From NCBI GenBank assembly GCA_964016885.1, contig OZ024740.1, positions 81,468,001 to 81,532,000 on the forward strand: a stretch of DNA of 64,000 nucleotides. Reading direction: 5' to 3'. A program made the position numbers and the translations under genes. This DNA is from Eledone cirrhosa (Eukaryota). The notes under the pieces were generated by a model, which saw nothing but the letters and a program-made list of their open reading frames with translations, did not search any database and had not been told where the DNA came from. Of this stretch, positions 43,723 to 59,529 are shown one piece after another. Position 1 is the stretch's first letter. Each line of letters starts with the position of its first letter.

Positions 43723-45150
43723 GTGATTGATTGGTTCAACGGCATATGTAACATGGAACATTGCCGTTTTATCCAATTCGACATCAATAATTACTACTCC
43801 TCCATCACTTTACCACTTCTCCTTAGAGCTATCAATTTCGCTAAAACACTCACAGTGGTTAAGGATTTCGAAGTTGATGTCATCCTTAATACCCGAAAGT
43901 CGGTGATTAATTTCGACGACTCTATTTGGATTAAAAAACCCAATAGTACCCCATTCGACGTGAGTATGGGCGCCAGTGACTCTGCGGAGGTTACTGATCT
44001 TATTGGCCTTTTCCTTCTTTTCTCTATCAAGGACGAATTCCCCAACGTGGGTGGTGGTTTGTACCGTGACGTTTGTCTTTTGACCATGACTAAGTGCGGA
44101 CCTCGTGCGTGCGACAGGTTCAGAAAAGAACTCACAGCCTTCTTTAAAGGCTTCAACCTCTCTATACAGGTTGAGGCCAATCTCTCGGTCGTTAATTACC
44201 ACGACGTTACCCTCAATCTATTGAATGGGCTGTATTACCTGTATAGAAAGCCGAATGATACGCTTAATTACATAAGTAAGCATTCCAACCATCCTGCCAG
44301 CATAACCAAGAACCTGGTAAAAAACGTTTCGTTGAGACTTTCCCGTCTTTCCACCAACGAGCGCATTTTCAACGACCATTCCACTTATTACAATGAAGCT
44401 CTTGCTCGAAGTGGATTTGTCGATAAGGTAGCATATACAGAGTACGAAAATAGACCTAGAAGAAATAGATCCCGTCGCATTTGTTGGTTTAACCCAGCAG
44501 AAAAATATGGAGGTGGCCACACCATTAGCTAAGATCTTTCTTTCCCTTATTACGAAGCATTTCCCCCTACACATAAATATAGTAAAATTGTTAGTAGAAA
44601 TACTATTAAAATTTCTTACTCTACGACTCCTAACATTGCAACATTGCACATAACATCACAGCTTCAAATTTAACTAAACTACCTAGCTGTAGGAACACGT
44701 GCAACCCTGTAGTTAGTACTAACTGTAATTGTAGGAATCGGGCTGATTGCCCCCTATCCGGGAAATGCCTCTCTAGTAACATTGTCTACAAATGTAAGGT
44801 TGTAACACCCACGTCCCGTAGGGCCTACATAGGGTTAACCGCCAATAGTTTCAAGCAGCGTCTTTACATGCATACCCATTCTTTTCGTTACCCTCTAAGA
44901 AGGAATATGACATCCCTTTCAGCTTAAATCTGGAGTCTAAAAGACAACCACACCCAATATAAGTTACACTGGGAGATACTAGCTAGGGCTAGATCGTATA
45001 ACGGAAATAAAAGCTCATGTGACCTCTGCGCCGCTGAGGCCCTGGAAATACTCTACCCCACAGACCACATCTTAAACAAAACATTGAGGCAATTTCGGCT
45101 TGTAAACATAAATTGCACAAAACTTTCCTGTATTACAGCCCCACGTTATA
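43723..45150 (+). pseudogene. PLE RT and GIY-YIG pseudogene (5'-truncated)
   Basis: FIQFDINNYYSSI, MGASDSAE, GGLYRDV (catalytic D lost), WFNP, CNCRNRADCP, YIGLTANSFKQR. Confidence 0.92.
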
Positions 45151-46093
45151 CCCTAACGGATAGCACGATCTATACGTGGATATTTTACGTCTTGATGTGG
45201 GAGCTAAGTATATGTTTTGTTTATTCCTTTACTTATTTGCATAGGTAAGTATATATTACCCGTATGTTTTGTGAAGGTATGTATACCTTCTCGTACGTAT
45301 ATTTGACTGTTATGGCGTATAATTTTTACATATTCTGGCATTTAGGGTTTGGCTATGTGTATACGGGAGTTTTGCGTCTGCGTGAGTATGCAGGTTCGTA
45401 CGTATGGTGGGAGTGTGTATATGTGTACTTCTTGTTTTAGTTGACTTACGTCTCAGAACATTCGTGTATTTATTTGTAGGTATGTGTGTGCGCTTGTTAT
45501 ATACGTATTTATTTACATATATACGTTTATATAATTATTCATATATTTGTACACAAGCACACACACACACACACATATTTATATGTGCGTGGTTTTGTAT
45601 ACCTATGGTAAGGTTTTGCGTATGCTTGTGTGTGTAAGTATCTGTTTGCGTGTATGTATTTATTTGTTTCTATTACTTCTGTATTGTATTTATTTACTTT
45701 GTTCTTAACCCTATAGCGGAGATTCATTTGGTCTCCTAGTTAGAATTTTAGTCTACAACTTCTGCTATACCATTTACGTGGTTTTGTCTTTGCGTGCTAT
45801 TGTTCTCCACGCTCCACATATGACTTATTATCTTCGTTTTTTCGTTCATTGCCAGAGAACGTCTCTATGCACCACCTAAGAGAACATTAGTCCACGACCT
45901 CTTTTATACCATAAACGTGGTTCTGTCTTTGCGCGTAATTGTTTTTCACCGCTCCTATTAATGACGTATTATTCGTTTTTTCCCGTTCTTTGCCAGCGAA
46001 CGTTTCCACGAACCAAAGTATCGTCTTCCTGTCTTCCTCCGGTTGCAACGTTTTTTGAAATATCCAGTTCTGCGTTTACAGATTGACTTTGTT

Positions 46094-46144
46094 AGTTTCA
46101 GAAGATCCCGTTAAAGGTGAAAGCAGCGACTCTTTGCTTAAACT
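46094..46144 (+). ncRNA. Hammerhead-like motif with CAGAAGA core (family C); copies at 46407-46457 minus, 43181-43226 minus (partial), 47118-47168
   Basis: AGTTT-CAGAAGA-tCCCgttaa(A/G)GGt-GAA-AGCA..TGCT-T-AAACT. Confidence 0.55.
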
Positions 46145-46263
46145 TTAATCTGTTATTTTAACAAATATTTGCTCTACGGTTCTTATATATTTGATATATA
46201 TTTTCCTTATCGAGCCCTCTTTGGTTTTTAGTCTTCAATTTTATTATTATTACTATATATATA

Positions 46264-47290
<1,027 letters not shown>

Positions 47291-47299
47291 ATATATATT

Positions 47300-48080
47300 G
47301 TTTTTTTTCTATTTAATTGCTAACCTGTAGATATTGTTCCCTATACAGTAACGGTAAAATCACTTGTAATAATTCTTTACACACATCTCACTGTGTAACA
47401 CATTTCTCTTTGTGTAATATATACTAGCATTTGAGCTCAGAAGGAAATTCTCTATTCTTCTTTGAGCTAATACTATTATTATTATTATTATTACAGTGAA
47501 CTGCGGAATACTCTTAATTCCGCTCATTGTATACTTAATGAGCTCCAAATTGTTGAGCTAATAATTCGAATGGTTGGGCTGCACTTTCTATCATCTTCCC
47601 CAATCCATGAGAGCCGTTATTTGATGCAAATAACACGTGATTTCGCCCTACTCTGGCCAGCGTGTCTATTTGCAATCTCTCTATCCATGAGGTTAGATGT
47701 GTAGTGTTCAGTGTTCGCATTTGCTGACTGAGGATCCTGTGAACTGATACTGCACATATAAGTGGTGAAACGAAGCTAGATTCGTATCAGCAAAATATAG
47801 TTATAAGGTTTGTGATTTAAAACTCTAATCCAGAGATTTGATTCTGAATTGGTTTTTTCTATTTAATTGCTAACCTGTAGATATTGTTCCCTATACAATA
47901 ACGGTAAAATCACTTGTAATAATTATTTACACACATCTCACTGTGTAACACACTTCTCTTTGTGTAATATATACTTGCATTTGAGCTCAGAAGGAAATTC
48001 TCTATTCTTCTTTGAGCTAATACTATTATTTTTATTATTACAGTGAACCGCGGAATATTCTTAATTCCGATCTTTGTATA
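47300..48080 (+). mobile_element. Non-coding tandem unit (550-bp period, ~230-bp redundancy) with canonical HHR; retrozyme-like
   Basis: 47300-47533 is repeated at 47852-48080; flanked by TA repeats. Confidence 0.8.
47720..47794 (+). ncRNA. Type I hammerhead ribozyme
   Basis: TTTGCTGA-CTGAGGA-tCC...GGt-GAA-ACGAA gctaga TTCGT-A-TCAGCAAA; 8-bp stem I, 5-bp stem III, GUA triplet. Confidence 0.85.
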
Positions 48081-48182
48081 TATATATAGACACATACATA
48101 TATATATACATACATATATATATATACATATATATATGTGTGTGTGTTTATGTATGTATGTGTGTGTGTATATATATATGTA

Positions 48183-48306
<124 letters not shown>

Positions 48307-48637
48307 TTAAAGGTTAATTAGTCTCTAATACTTAAATATGCCAATAAATGATATCTCTTAGAGAAGCAATATTATATATTATAATTAAATGAGAAAAAAA
48401 AGTGTAAATCTTGGGAGGGAGATCTATATAAGCGAAATATATTAATTTAACAATGAAAATAATAACAGCAAAGTCAAGGAATTTTACCAATTCATATAAT
48501 TATTTTACGATCGTTTTCGAGGGTTGATCATATTGACATATTGACTGATCCATAGTAGTTATATAACTGCATACTATGAGACTTCATATATATTCGATCC
48601 GACCGTCTTTTTCGGAAATATATATATATATATATAT

Positions 48638-48990
48638 GCAAAAGTTTTATTTAAGATTGTTGGGTTACAACGAGTAAATATTTTATAACTGATATAAAAG
48701 CACTCAACAGTTTCTGGAGTAGGTTTTATTTACATACATCTCTTCATCTTCTTCTTCTCATCTTCGTTTTTCTTTCTATATAACTGTCATAACAGTTTCA
48801 CTACCAAATCAACTTTTTAAATGGAAGTTGCATTATTTATAAGGTATGTCAAAAATTATTTATAAAACAGCTTATGTATTGTATTTTGTCTGAGGAAGGC
48901 ATACCATATTTTTAATATGATATCCCTGAAATATATATAACGAAATAAATATGGTTTTATAAATATAGTTTCCATTTGTTTAATATCGTA
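48638..48990 (+). mobile_element. PLE family B non-coding remnant with HHR at 48882-48947
   Basis: 48795-48990 is homologous to 33745-33940; 48638-48720 matches 33080-33163. Confidence 0.8.
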
Positions 48991-49093
48991 TATATATATA
49001 TATATATTTCGCATATCGAGTGAGTTAGTGGGCCAGGCGTACCCAAAACTATAAATGGAAAACATGAAATTTCATTTCTCACTCTCAGTACGG

Positions 49094-49136
<43 letters not shown>

Positions 49137-49269
49137 AAAGTTATTTCCACAACAAATTAGCAAACCATATTCAAGAACGCGCGTTTTACCTAATGCATTC
49201 TCAACTCGAGTGACGTATTCGAGTTGAGAATATGTAATAAATATGTTATCCCCCCTCCCCCACTCGAGA

Positions 49270-52200
49270 TCAGAGACAATAAAAAAAGTTGACGACTTCC
49301 TAGCTACCTCTAATTCTCATAGCAAAATGCTAATTTCAGGGGTCTTCAATGCACACCATCCATTCTGGAATACTAACACCCGGAAAACAGTATGAAAGAT
49401 GGAGAATATTTTAGAGGTTATGAATAAACACAGCTTCATTCTACATACTGTACCAGACTTCCCTAACTAAAATTTTAAAAACAGAACCTCAACAATAGGC
49501 AATTTGTGATCTTCTTTCCCAGCCTCTCCGTTTTCAGAAAACTGGGAATTAAGCCACAGTATTGATCTAGGGTTGGATCATGCCACCAACACTTTAATGA
49601 TGTAATTCCTATAACCAACGAAATAAAGCCTGATATAAGAAAATATCAATTTCCGAAAACTGGCTGGATTAAGTTTACTAATTACTTAGTAGCAGAACTA
49701 TCACCCTACAACACATTTTACAATTTCCAATCAGCTAAAGAGCTAAAAACAAGTCTACAAATATTTATCGACACAATATAGGATAAGAACACTGATAAAG
49801 TACCTTTTACGTATTTCTATCCAAATAAAAATAACCGTGACAAGGATAACAACTATAATAAGGCATGGTTGAGTGAAGAACTAAAACAACTAAGAAGTGA
49901 AATGACTCAGGCATTAAAAAATAAAAATTTCTTTATACAGATTTTAAGATTATGAGAAATATAAAGAACTAAAGAAAAAATCTTAAACGGAAATAAAACA
50001 AGCCATAATGGATTTCTCATCTTTCAAAGCTAACCTTGAGTCTGTAGGCGATAGATAGAGCATATACAACTCAATTATCAAACTCCACCCTCATAACAAA
50101 TCAAGAAATTAAGAAGTAATGATACATGACCACGATGGTGAGGTAATCTCAGACAGTTCCAAACTCTCTTCGCTATTTGCAGAATCATTTTTGGCAACGC
50201 TTCATTCATTTATTGAATCCACTACCCATTACACAGTTTCTGATCCTCTCACTTTAAACGTAGATGTCCCTCCTATTATTGAACAATAACTGCTAGCCGT
50301 TATATATCCAATTTAATCATGAATGAAATACGGAGTGTAATACATGAAATAGTGCTAAACGTATAATTAAATTCTAACACCATCCAGATATATGCAAATG
50401 TAGTCATAAGTTAGTATTACCAAAAGTAAATAAGGATAACAACCCCTCTACCAGATCATACAATAGCTTCCTAAAATGCTAGAACAAATTATAGACAATA
50501 GAGTATCTTAATTAGGAGAGTCAATGAGCATTTTCCTTAAATCCGAGTTCGTATTTCGATTGAATTAAAACACTGAGAACTGTGTACATGAAATAATCAC
50601 ATTCATCAGAAATTCAAAACTCTTAAAACAATCGACCAGCTTGATCTCACGCGACATAACGGGAGCTTATGGCAGTGTAGTTCGTGACACTCTTAACAAA
50701 AAAGTACATCAATTTGAAATACCTAAATATCTTAGTAACTGTGTTGAAAGCTGTGTTGAAACTGTGTTGAAAGCTGTGTTGAGTGCTCGTCGTAGTACAA
50801 GTCTAAATCTGGGAAACAAAAACGCAAATGTATTTACATTTTATATGGTCTCCCACAGGGTTCGCCAGTCTCACCAATTCTCCTTCTATATTACACAACA
50901 GACTTGTTTACATCTCAATATAAAATTGTAGAATTATCAGATTTTGCAGATGATATTAACTTATATACTTCATCTGGTATCATCAACAACAACAACACCA
51001 AATTATGCATAGCCCTATCAACTGCAACTGAATGTGCAAAATAAAATCGCCAACAATTTGCCCTCACCAAAATATAACTGATTCATATCATGAACTCATC
51101 AATTATCAATATGATGAAATATGATTGATGAACCAACTACTGATACCACAAAAATCAATCAAGATAATCTGAATTTGGTTACAATTTGACTTTAAATGGG
51201 AAACATTTCAAACAAACACTGAAACAAAAGACTTCAACATAGCATACAACTAAAGTAATTTCAAAGAAATTTCACTGCCTAACATACAACCAATTGAGAC
51301 TGTATAATAAGGAATCATCTACGCTCAATTGTTGTGTGGAAATTGAGATTGGAGGCACACAAGTACTAGCTATCTTCAAGCTATTGATACATTCCGTACT
51401 CAGATTGGCAGAACCATACCAACATATATAAGACCTACTCCAACGATAGCGAGTTTTCAGAGATAACCCCAACTCACTTCTTGATATAAGAGTCCAGAAA
51501 ACGCAAATTGCTAACTGCTCAGTTTAAATACAAATGGAAACAGCTTGATACATGATTTCCTCCATGGGCAAAACAATTAAAATCGTTTAAAATAAAGATT
51601 AAAAACACAAAAGAGGAAGCAAGAAAGCTCCATAACACTATCACACAGTCAGTCTCTTTTAACAGCTGGGTCATATTCAGACAAGAGGGTGGGTATGGAG
51701 CTACATGTTCTATCATTCAAAAATAATTGCACAAATATGAATTTCAGATTAAATCGAGATTACACTATATTTGATGGCGAATGGTGGGGAATTACATTAT
51801 CCGAGATGCAGCTAAAGACCTGCAATGGGGAGTAGGTTTTCTATTTTCTGATAGTCTATCGAACATAGAACTGATTCAATAAAGGAAAAGTGGTCAGGTT
51901 GAAAACACTCTGTTGAAAACACTCTGCTAAAAATAAATAACTACCTCTAATTAAGAAATATTAGTGAGTTGCATATCGGACCAAACAGATATTAGAGGCA
52001 ATACATGGAAAAACAGACGAATTAGCAAAGAAATTAGCACAAACGAAAACAATAGATATAGACTACATCGCAAATCTTTCGCAGCTAAAATCATTTAGCA
52101 AACAAATAAATAATCAAGGGTGGGAAACATTTTGGAATGAATCCGGAGAAAAGTTCACAAATTTCAATTGCCCACTTTCTCAAACATATTTGACAGCTTT

Positions 52201-52590
52201 CAAAACTTATCCATCATAGGGTAATGCAAATAAAACGAATTATGCTGACTTCCAACTTGATATATACTTTTGAACTACATTCTGTCGAGAACAGCTCACA
52301 GAGATTCACCTCTATGTTCTTGTGGTAACTCTCCAGAAACTTTTTGGCACTATTTGTTCCAATGTAGAATCTACGAGCCTGAGAGAGAGAGCACATATTA
52401 AAACCAATATTTAAAAAAACTACTAAAATGGGGATTGCAATATATGATTACAGGTCTACCAAATAGAAACAAAATCTTTGAGAGCATGCATGCTACGAGA
52501 ACTTCTAATTGTTTTACAGCTTTACTTGTTTCCTTTTTCCTTTTCATTTTCGTTTTGTTACGCATAACACTGTGTAACACGATTTTGGGC
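49270..52590 (+). mobile_element. Highly decayed I-group LINE (APE, RT, RNase H)
   Basis: GVFNAHHPFW (~49340), GLPQGSPVSP (~50850), FADD (50943), FSDSLS (~51845); many stops. Confidence 0.7.
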
Positions 52591-52806
52591 CTTGGGTAGC
52601 AACTATTATTTCCTATTTACTTATGCCTAGAAAGATGAAAGAGGGATTATATTTCATTAAAACTTTGCTTTTATGGCTAAGATAATGATATTTCTAGATT
52701 TACCTAATCCTATTGCGAAAGCTGCCAGATATGAACATTCTCGTTTAAGCAATGACATATAATTGACAAAGTAGCATTTATTTATTCTAGGATTATACAA
52801 GAAAAC

Positions 52807-53345
52807 TCACTGAAGCTGCAAATTGCTTTCATGAATCAGCCTCCATATATAGTCTCCCATCATGTTTTCATTATATGATCCTTGGTAGTAACGTTCAACG
52901 TCAAGTATATTCTGGGAGAAGCGCTCGCCTTGCTCTTCAGAGTATGCTCCCATGTTCTCCTTGAAATCATCAAGATGAACGTCAATGATAAACACTTTGC
53001 GGGACATCCTGCAACCCATTTTCCCGAAGTTCTTCACCAGGGTCTAAACATGCTCCACATAATTTTCAACCTTGTGATTCCCCAGGAACTCTCGAACTAC
53101 TGTAACAAAGATGTACCACGCTGCCTTCTCTGTTTTAGTGAGCTTCTTGGGGAATTACTTGCACTCCAGGATCTTCCTCATTTTTGGCGGATTTCACTTT
53201 TGTCTCAGACGACTTAGGGAAGAAGTCTCGATGGTACTTGAAGGCTGCCCACTACTGATCTAGAGCTGTGAAAACAGTTTCAAAAGGCCCAATTTTAAGT
53301 GAGGTGGTCGGAACAATACCTTCCCAGGATCAATCAGTGGTTGTC
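52807..53345 (-). pseudogene. DNA transposase C-terminal fragment, Chapaev3-like
   Basis: PLIDPGKVL.PPHLKLGL and HLDDFKENMGAYSEEQGERF...YQG..NENMMGDY; superfamily assigned from memory of these motifs. Confidence 0.65.
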
Positions 53346-54244
53346 CATGTCATAAAAGCAAAGTTAGAGGAGAATGATAATCCTGTCACGTCTATCAGGA
53401 AATAATATTTATTAACCAAAGACAAAAAAACGTAAAATGTTTTTAACATAGTGTAATGTGCCTCACATTGAGTAGATTATATTCAAATCTCAGTCTACGT
53501 GACTCACTTAGAGATATCCATTACCTGATTTGTTGGAACAGGCGCTGTGATTTTTACGCCATTGATTCGATTTTCATGTGGAATGCTGCTTGGTGAATAA
53601 TTAATACAATTAAAGAAAGGCAAAGGAATTTAGAATTTCGAAGAATTTCTATAAAATATTACTTCTAGTCGGAGAGAGAAAGAGGAAACAATTGTTTGAA
53701 ATATTGGTTCGAATTCATATAGAAATTATAAATGATGACTTGATAATGGAAAATAGATTTTGAAGAATAGAATTTGGAAACGAGATTCAAAATAATCAGG
53801 TCCATTGTGCGGTGCTACATGTAGCTCATACTTTAAATTAGTGTTAGTTATACATGTTTTAAAACAAAACATTGGTCACATTAGGTAAATATCAATTGGC
53901 CCTCTTAAGATCGTTTCCATTGAATATTTTGTATTTTGTGGAATTATATCATCTGCAATAGTGTAAAACATAATCGAGGCGAATTGATTTTTGATAATGT
54001 ATTAACAAAGAAATAAAGTTTTGATTTTAATGTACACGCATTAACTCAAGAAATAATTTTAATTTGTTTGTCTCTCTGGGGAAGAATAAATGTATTTTAT
54101 TCCGTAGATTAAGTTCAATAGAACAATATGATTGGGTTCAATTTGTATGGGGGTAATTGGGGAAATATATTCCTGAAGATTTTTCAACCATAATCACATT
54201 GGCCTTCCTCATGTGAGTAAATCATCAATAATTGTCTCTACTTT

Positions 54245-54415
54245 TGGCACAAGGCCAGAAATTGTCACAGTGTATTACTGGTGCTATATTTTATCGATCC
54301 TGTAAGGATGAAAGGCAAAGGTAACCTCGGCAGGATTTGAAATCCGACCATATTGGGCCATAACTCTTTGCTGCAAACTATGGCGTCAGACCCTCTCCCG
54401 ATACTGCCAATCCAA
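54245..54415 (-). mobile_element. Octopus-type SINE, decayed; further fragments at 57945-58055 and 63250-63310
   Basis: GGCACAAGGCCAG...TACTGGT..TTTTATCGA..AAGGATGAAAGGCAAAG..ACCTCGGCAGGATTTGAA. Confidence 0.65.
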
Positions 54416-57400
54416 TCATGTTCTGCAGTGAGCATTCAGACACTGTACTTTCGTAGTTTCTCTGACATATCAGAATTTTACCTTCCCCAGATGGTAGAAA
54501 CATATTGGATACTATAATCTAAAATAGGTTATGCTTCTTAAAATGAGGCGGTCATTATTAGATAACCTTGTATTCTGTTTTTTACAACAGGGTAGATCTC
54601 AAGTTACATGAGAAAAGACATTCCAGAAAAAATAGTCTTTAAATTAATCACATTAGATAATATACTGCAATATTCAGATTATATTAGTGTTTGCCACCGT
54701 TGAATTAATACCTTTTAAAAGGGTTAATTTAAAATAAAATATTTAAATTCAAGGCCATGTGACTATTTCCCTTTTACTGATAGAATCATTCAAATATGGA
54801 AATTTCATGGTTCAATAGATTTTCTATCAGGCTATATTAAATAATTATATTAAAATTGTGTTTGTGACTCTTTACAATATAAACGAATTTGTTGGGTAAT
54901 TATACCGATATATTTGATAAGCAAGCCAAACAAATTAGAGTGGCCTTGTACATCTAATATTTAGATATTCATATGTATACATATTCTGTTCTAAATATAT
55001 CTGTGGCAGTTTATATGTATACAAAATTTCATGTGTGGGGAAATTTCTATACGTGTAGCTTCTTCAATTTTTTGATGTAGGAATTCTATATGTTCAGTAT
55101 ACATTGAAGCTGTACAACAGGAGAGAGTGTTTGATTACATCGTAAAATAATTGAATTCAAACAGTGTTTCGATTGATTTGCTACTTAAAGTCATCGTGCC
55201 AGCGAGAGTGCCAATTACGCATTTTCGTTATTTATAACAATCCTTCATAATTTGAAAAGACCACTGAAAGCAACTAAAACTGAATTAGTGTGACGTTGAA
55301 GTTATTATATCCATTTAATGCAGTTCAATTTTATGTATACATAATTCAAATCTTGAAATATTCTAAGAGTTATGAAGTATATCCCAGCTCACCGCAAAAC
55401 ATGAAGTGCTATGATAGGGAGTATGTATGGTTCCATATGCAACAGTTTGGCTTCCACACTAAATGATATGTGACTTCAATCAAAGAGTGTGGTGCCTTCA
55501 AAATGTGAATTCTACTAATCTTTCAGAAAGACTGATGAATTGTTAAAGACATGCCTTTCGGGTCTAGAAAAAAACTTACAATGCTATTCCGTCAACTTCA
55601 CCTGAAGCAGCAGAACATTTGCCCCTTTGCCATAATATAATAATATATGGAACTTGAATTTATATCAGAAATCTTCATTTGATAAAAATATTTTCAAGCA
55701 AACATTAGGTGGCATTTAATAGTACCTTTCAATTGTAATTGTTATATAAGTTAGAGTTGTGTTAGGTAGAATGTGAGCACAAAATATTGAGTACAAATGT
55801 TTTAAATATTAGAAAGAAGTCAAATCGATCATCCAACCACCTACTGCTTCAGCAATTTCTGTAATTCTAGGAGATTATATTGATTTCTAACTTCAGTATA
55901 AGTTTGCACCTTGTCAGAGAAGTGAAAGCAAGTAAATGTAACTATTACGTGACTAATCTACTATATTATCGTCAATACAGAAATAATGTAGAACAAAGAT
56001 AACATCAATAGAATTTAAAATGAGTACGTAAACGACCATAGCATTTACTCAATTAAAATGTTCTTCATAATGAACGAGTTTCTGTCAATAGGATTTGAAC
56101 TCAGAATGTAAACCATCATATTCAAATATAGCATATGGTTCTGTCTGATACACACGTTTGCTAATCTACTGCCATATTTAGAAATATGTTATTACACTGT
56201 ATAAACGAGAACGTGCTTTTTTGGTATTTATGAGTCCCTCTATGGTAATACAACTTGTTAATTGACATTTCGTTGATTGTTTAAGAATAGAATCACACGC
56301 ATTTAACCATAAAGAGTGGGAGAAGCAAACAGGTTATGACATTACAAATATAATATTAAATTATTAAATACCAATAGATTTTAATGGTGGGAAAGACGCT
56401 GAGCTTAGTGTAGCAAGAAACCCGTTAATTTCAAATAATATAATGGAAGATAATACTCCCGTGAGCAATAAATCTAAATAATAATAGCTTAAATATTTAA
56501 TAGTGGACATACTGTTCAAAAAACGCTACGAGAAAGCAAAATACAAATTGAATAAAAGCTGAGCCAACATAAAATGCCCAACCTCTTTCACATCATTCAA
56601 ATAACAAAACCACAGACATAGTTAATTGTTTTTCTCTCTTCTTATGGCCATACATATCTAGATACTAACTATGTCGAGACGAGCTCATTACACGGCGGTT
56701 TGATTAGAGGGTAGAAATAAGTAGACAAAACAAAGTCGTTCAAAATTGAAGGTGTGTTTGAAGGAGCAGAAATCACATCATATTGCAACATCAGCAACAT
56801 ATTAACAACTTCAAAGAAAGTAATCCCAAATACATACAGACAATGACGATGAAAAGAAGAACAAAAGGAAATACTCGAACATGGCGGTAATCATAACTGA
56901 AACACAGTGGCATAAAACAAACATCGCTCATGAATTTCACTGTCGTTTGTTATGTTGATGTGACCAAGCAAAACATAAAAAAACATATACACATAAAAAC
57001 AGAAGCGATTATACAATATTGTACAAGCGATTATACAAATTTTCATGAGCCCAATATGACAGCGAACATTTGAACATATTAACTCATGAAATAGGGCTAC
57101 GCTTCCAAGAACACCGTCCCTCTCAAAAATCAATGTGTAAGTTGCATAATAAATATAGATAAGTGGGATCGGTTGGAAACCTGTCTATTTTACTTAACAA
57201 CCGCAGTTACCTATCCCTGGCTGTGGTAGCCAACATCATCTCCAGAATTTTCAGAACCTATACACTTGCATATTTATTTGGCGACAAAGAGATGGCTGTA
57301 TCTTCTCAGCCAGATTTAGGTGACAGAATAACAGTGATATTTCGGAAAACTCTATATCTCAAGGTACGAATAAATTTCCTCGATCCTGACGACAATCGTG

Positions 57401-59529
57401 TGTGGCAACTAAGTTAGTGCTTTCTGTCTAGTCACAATATATTCCATGAAAACGAAAGGGTGACTGCATTTCTTCAGTAGTTTTCTTAGAAACGTCGAAA
57501 CCTTTTAGTACTACAGGGAAATGTTATGGCATTTTTCACGTACGGTGGTGTTATGCTATTTTAAGCAATATGACAGGAATCAGTAAGCCTATAGCAATCC
57601 TGCTCAAAGATAATTTATCAAATCGATTTTACGAATGGCCAGCATGAACTTGGACCTGATAACTAGGGCTGTGATAACTAGGTTGCATCATGTATGATGT
57701 TTTGTCAGAAAGATGATTATATATGATGCCCACAAAATAAAATAGTCGGGTACACAGACAACGTAATTGTTATATACACGATCTTCGCAGTGACAGCTAC
57801 TTCACTCCTATACAAAAACGTGTGCAATATAAACAACAGCCTGGTTAGATAATGACGTAAGCGGCAGTTATAATGCACAGTTACATGATCATATTTCACT
57901 GGACAGTTATTGTAATAACGCCAGGTGGCGAAATATGGGTTTCTGATTTAAGCACAAGGCCAGCAATTTTGGGGGAGGGACAGGATGATTACATTGATCC
58001 CAGTGCGGTACTGGGACTTATTTTACCGACTCCCTAAGGATAAAAGATAATGTTCTCATTGAAAGAGTACCGTACTCTCACGCATAGTGCACGCATTCCT
58101 GTATAATGTGCACCCTTTTTCGACCAGAAACAATCCTGGAAAAGCCTGGTTTAGGTGTATAAGGCGCAAGAGAAACCGTGAAAATTTGCAGCTGGCGTTC
58201 AAGCTAAAGGACATTGGTTGGTTATTAGGTCAGGACAGAAGATATGTTAGCATTCTCACAAAAAATCAACATTGTATTCACCCAGATACGGAAGTGATGA
58301 TGGAATATTTATCAATCATTGGCATGAAATCTCTGCAGATAGGCACATAGGGTTTTGTATAAACTATCGAATACACCTAAATTTCAGAAATAGATGAAAC
58401 AACACATACAGTACCAGGAAAACATATTCAAAATTGTATTACATAATATTTTATGAGAACAGATACAATTGAAGTCAAACAGTTTTCGGTGTTGGTTGAT
58501 TCATGATACAGTTTCCTCTGTTTTCTCGGGACCAAGTCTAAAAAGGTGGAAATATTCAGTTATGGTGTCTACCGCGCACCCCCAAACCTATCAAGGGAAA
58601 CATTGGAAAACAACTGGAAGAATAGGGTATCCCAGTTTCTGATTCTCTGAGAAATACAACTTTATCCTGGAGTGACATCTGTGATTGTCGTGATAGTAGA
58701 GATTTTGTACAAGGAGATGTTTGATTTAAAATCAAATACAGCTATCTGTTTTGCTTTGTACAGATATTGATGCTCAATTTACCTTTATTTATTTGTACAA
58801 GTGTAGTTCCATTGATTGCAGTTTGTTTGTATTGTTTACGACTCGTTTTATTTCCATAAGTTTTTGTTGTGTTTGAATGATGTGACTGCCTGGCTGGTTT
58901 ACTTAATTAACTCGAATAATTATACTATGTATTTTTATAGTCCATTGAATTTGGTAATTAAATTGATGTGGCCTGGTGATTGCTGATTAATGGCAACTGA
59001 GTGAGACTGCCAAATGTATTAATCCCACAGATAGGTCAGTGATCATTTTATGGTTTATGTATTTCGTTTAATTTTCTAATTTGCCTCAGTATATCTTCGA
59101 CAAGGTCGATGATTGTAAGGTGTACGTATTGCTGATTTGTTCCCCAATGATTTATCCTGTATAATTATTTGTTTTTGTATTGTTTTTATTTCATATTGTC
59201 TAGTAATTTTGAACGTCATGAATCACACTTTCCATAATTGTTTGGGACTAGTTTGTTGCAAGTAGAAATACAAGTCATTATTCCTCTATGATATATCAAT
59301 AACTTCACAGTTGTATAAATAATATTATAAATATTAACAGAAATATGAAAGATAAATAAAAAAGAAAAAAGCGGCAGAAAAATAACACTAAGCAACTAAC
59401 AAAGTTGGGACGGGCAAAGAAGAGCAGATCTGACTGTATAGGAAAGTAGGAGAAAGAGTTATAAATGCCATAAATTAGAGGAAAACGAGGGGAAAAGCAA
59501 GCACTATGTAGTCGCGCAAGAAAGGGTGG

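Noticed and set aside
48500-48622. Minus-strand CCGAAAA...GAAAACGATCGTA-AAATA motif
   Set aside because: Palindromic stem III is suggestive, but the core has two substitutions and an extra A; too degenerate to call
50740-50782. CTGTGTTGAAA(G) four-fold repeat, superficially CRISPR-like
   Set aside because: No spacers; slippage minisatellite inside a decayed LINE
53790-53845. hAT-like AHTL motif
   Set aside because: Too short, no supporting context
57163-57417. 84-aa ORF in unique sequence
   Set aside because: No recognisable motif or splice support; length expected by chance
58090-58700. Possible Merlin/IS1595-like transposase remnant (EIDET at ~58387)
   Set aside because: Only one short motif and no continuous frame or terminal repeats seen
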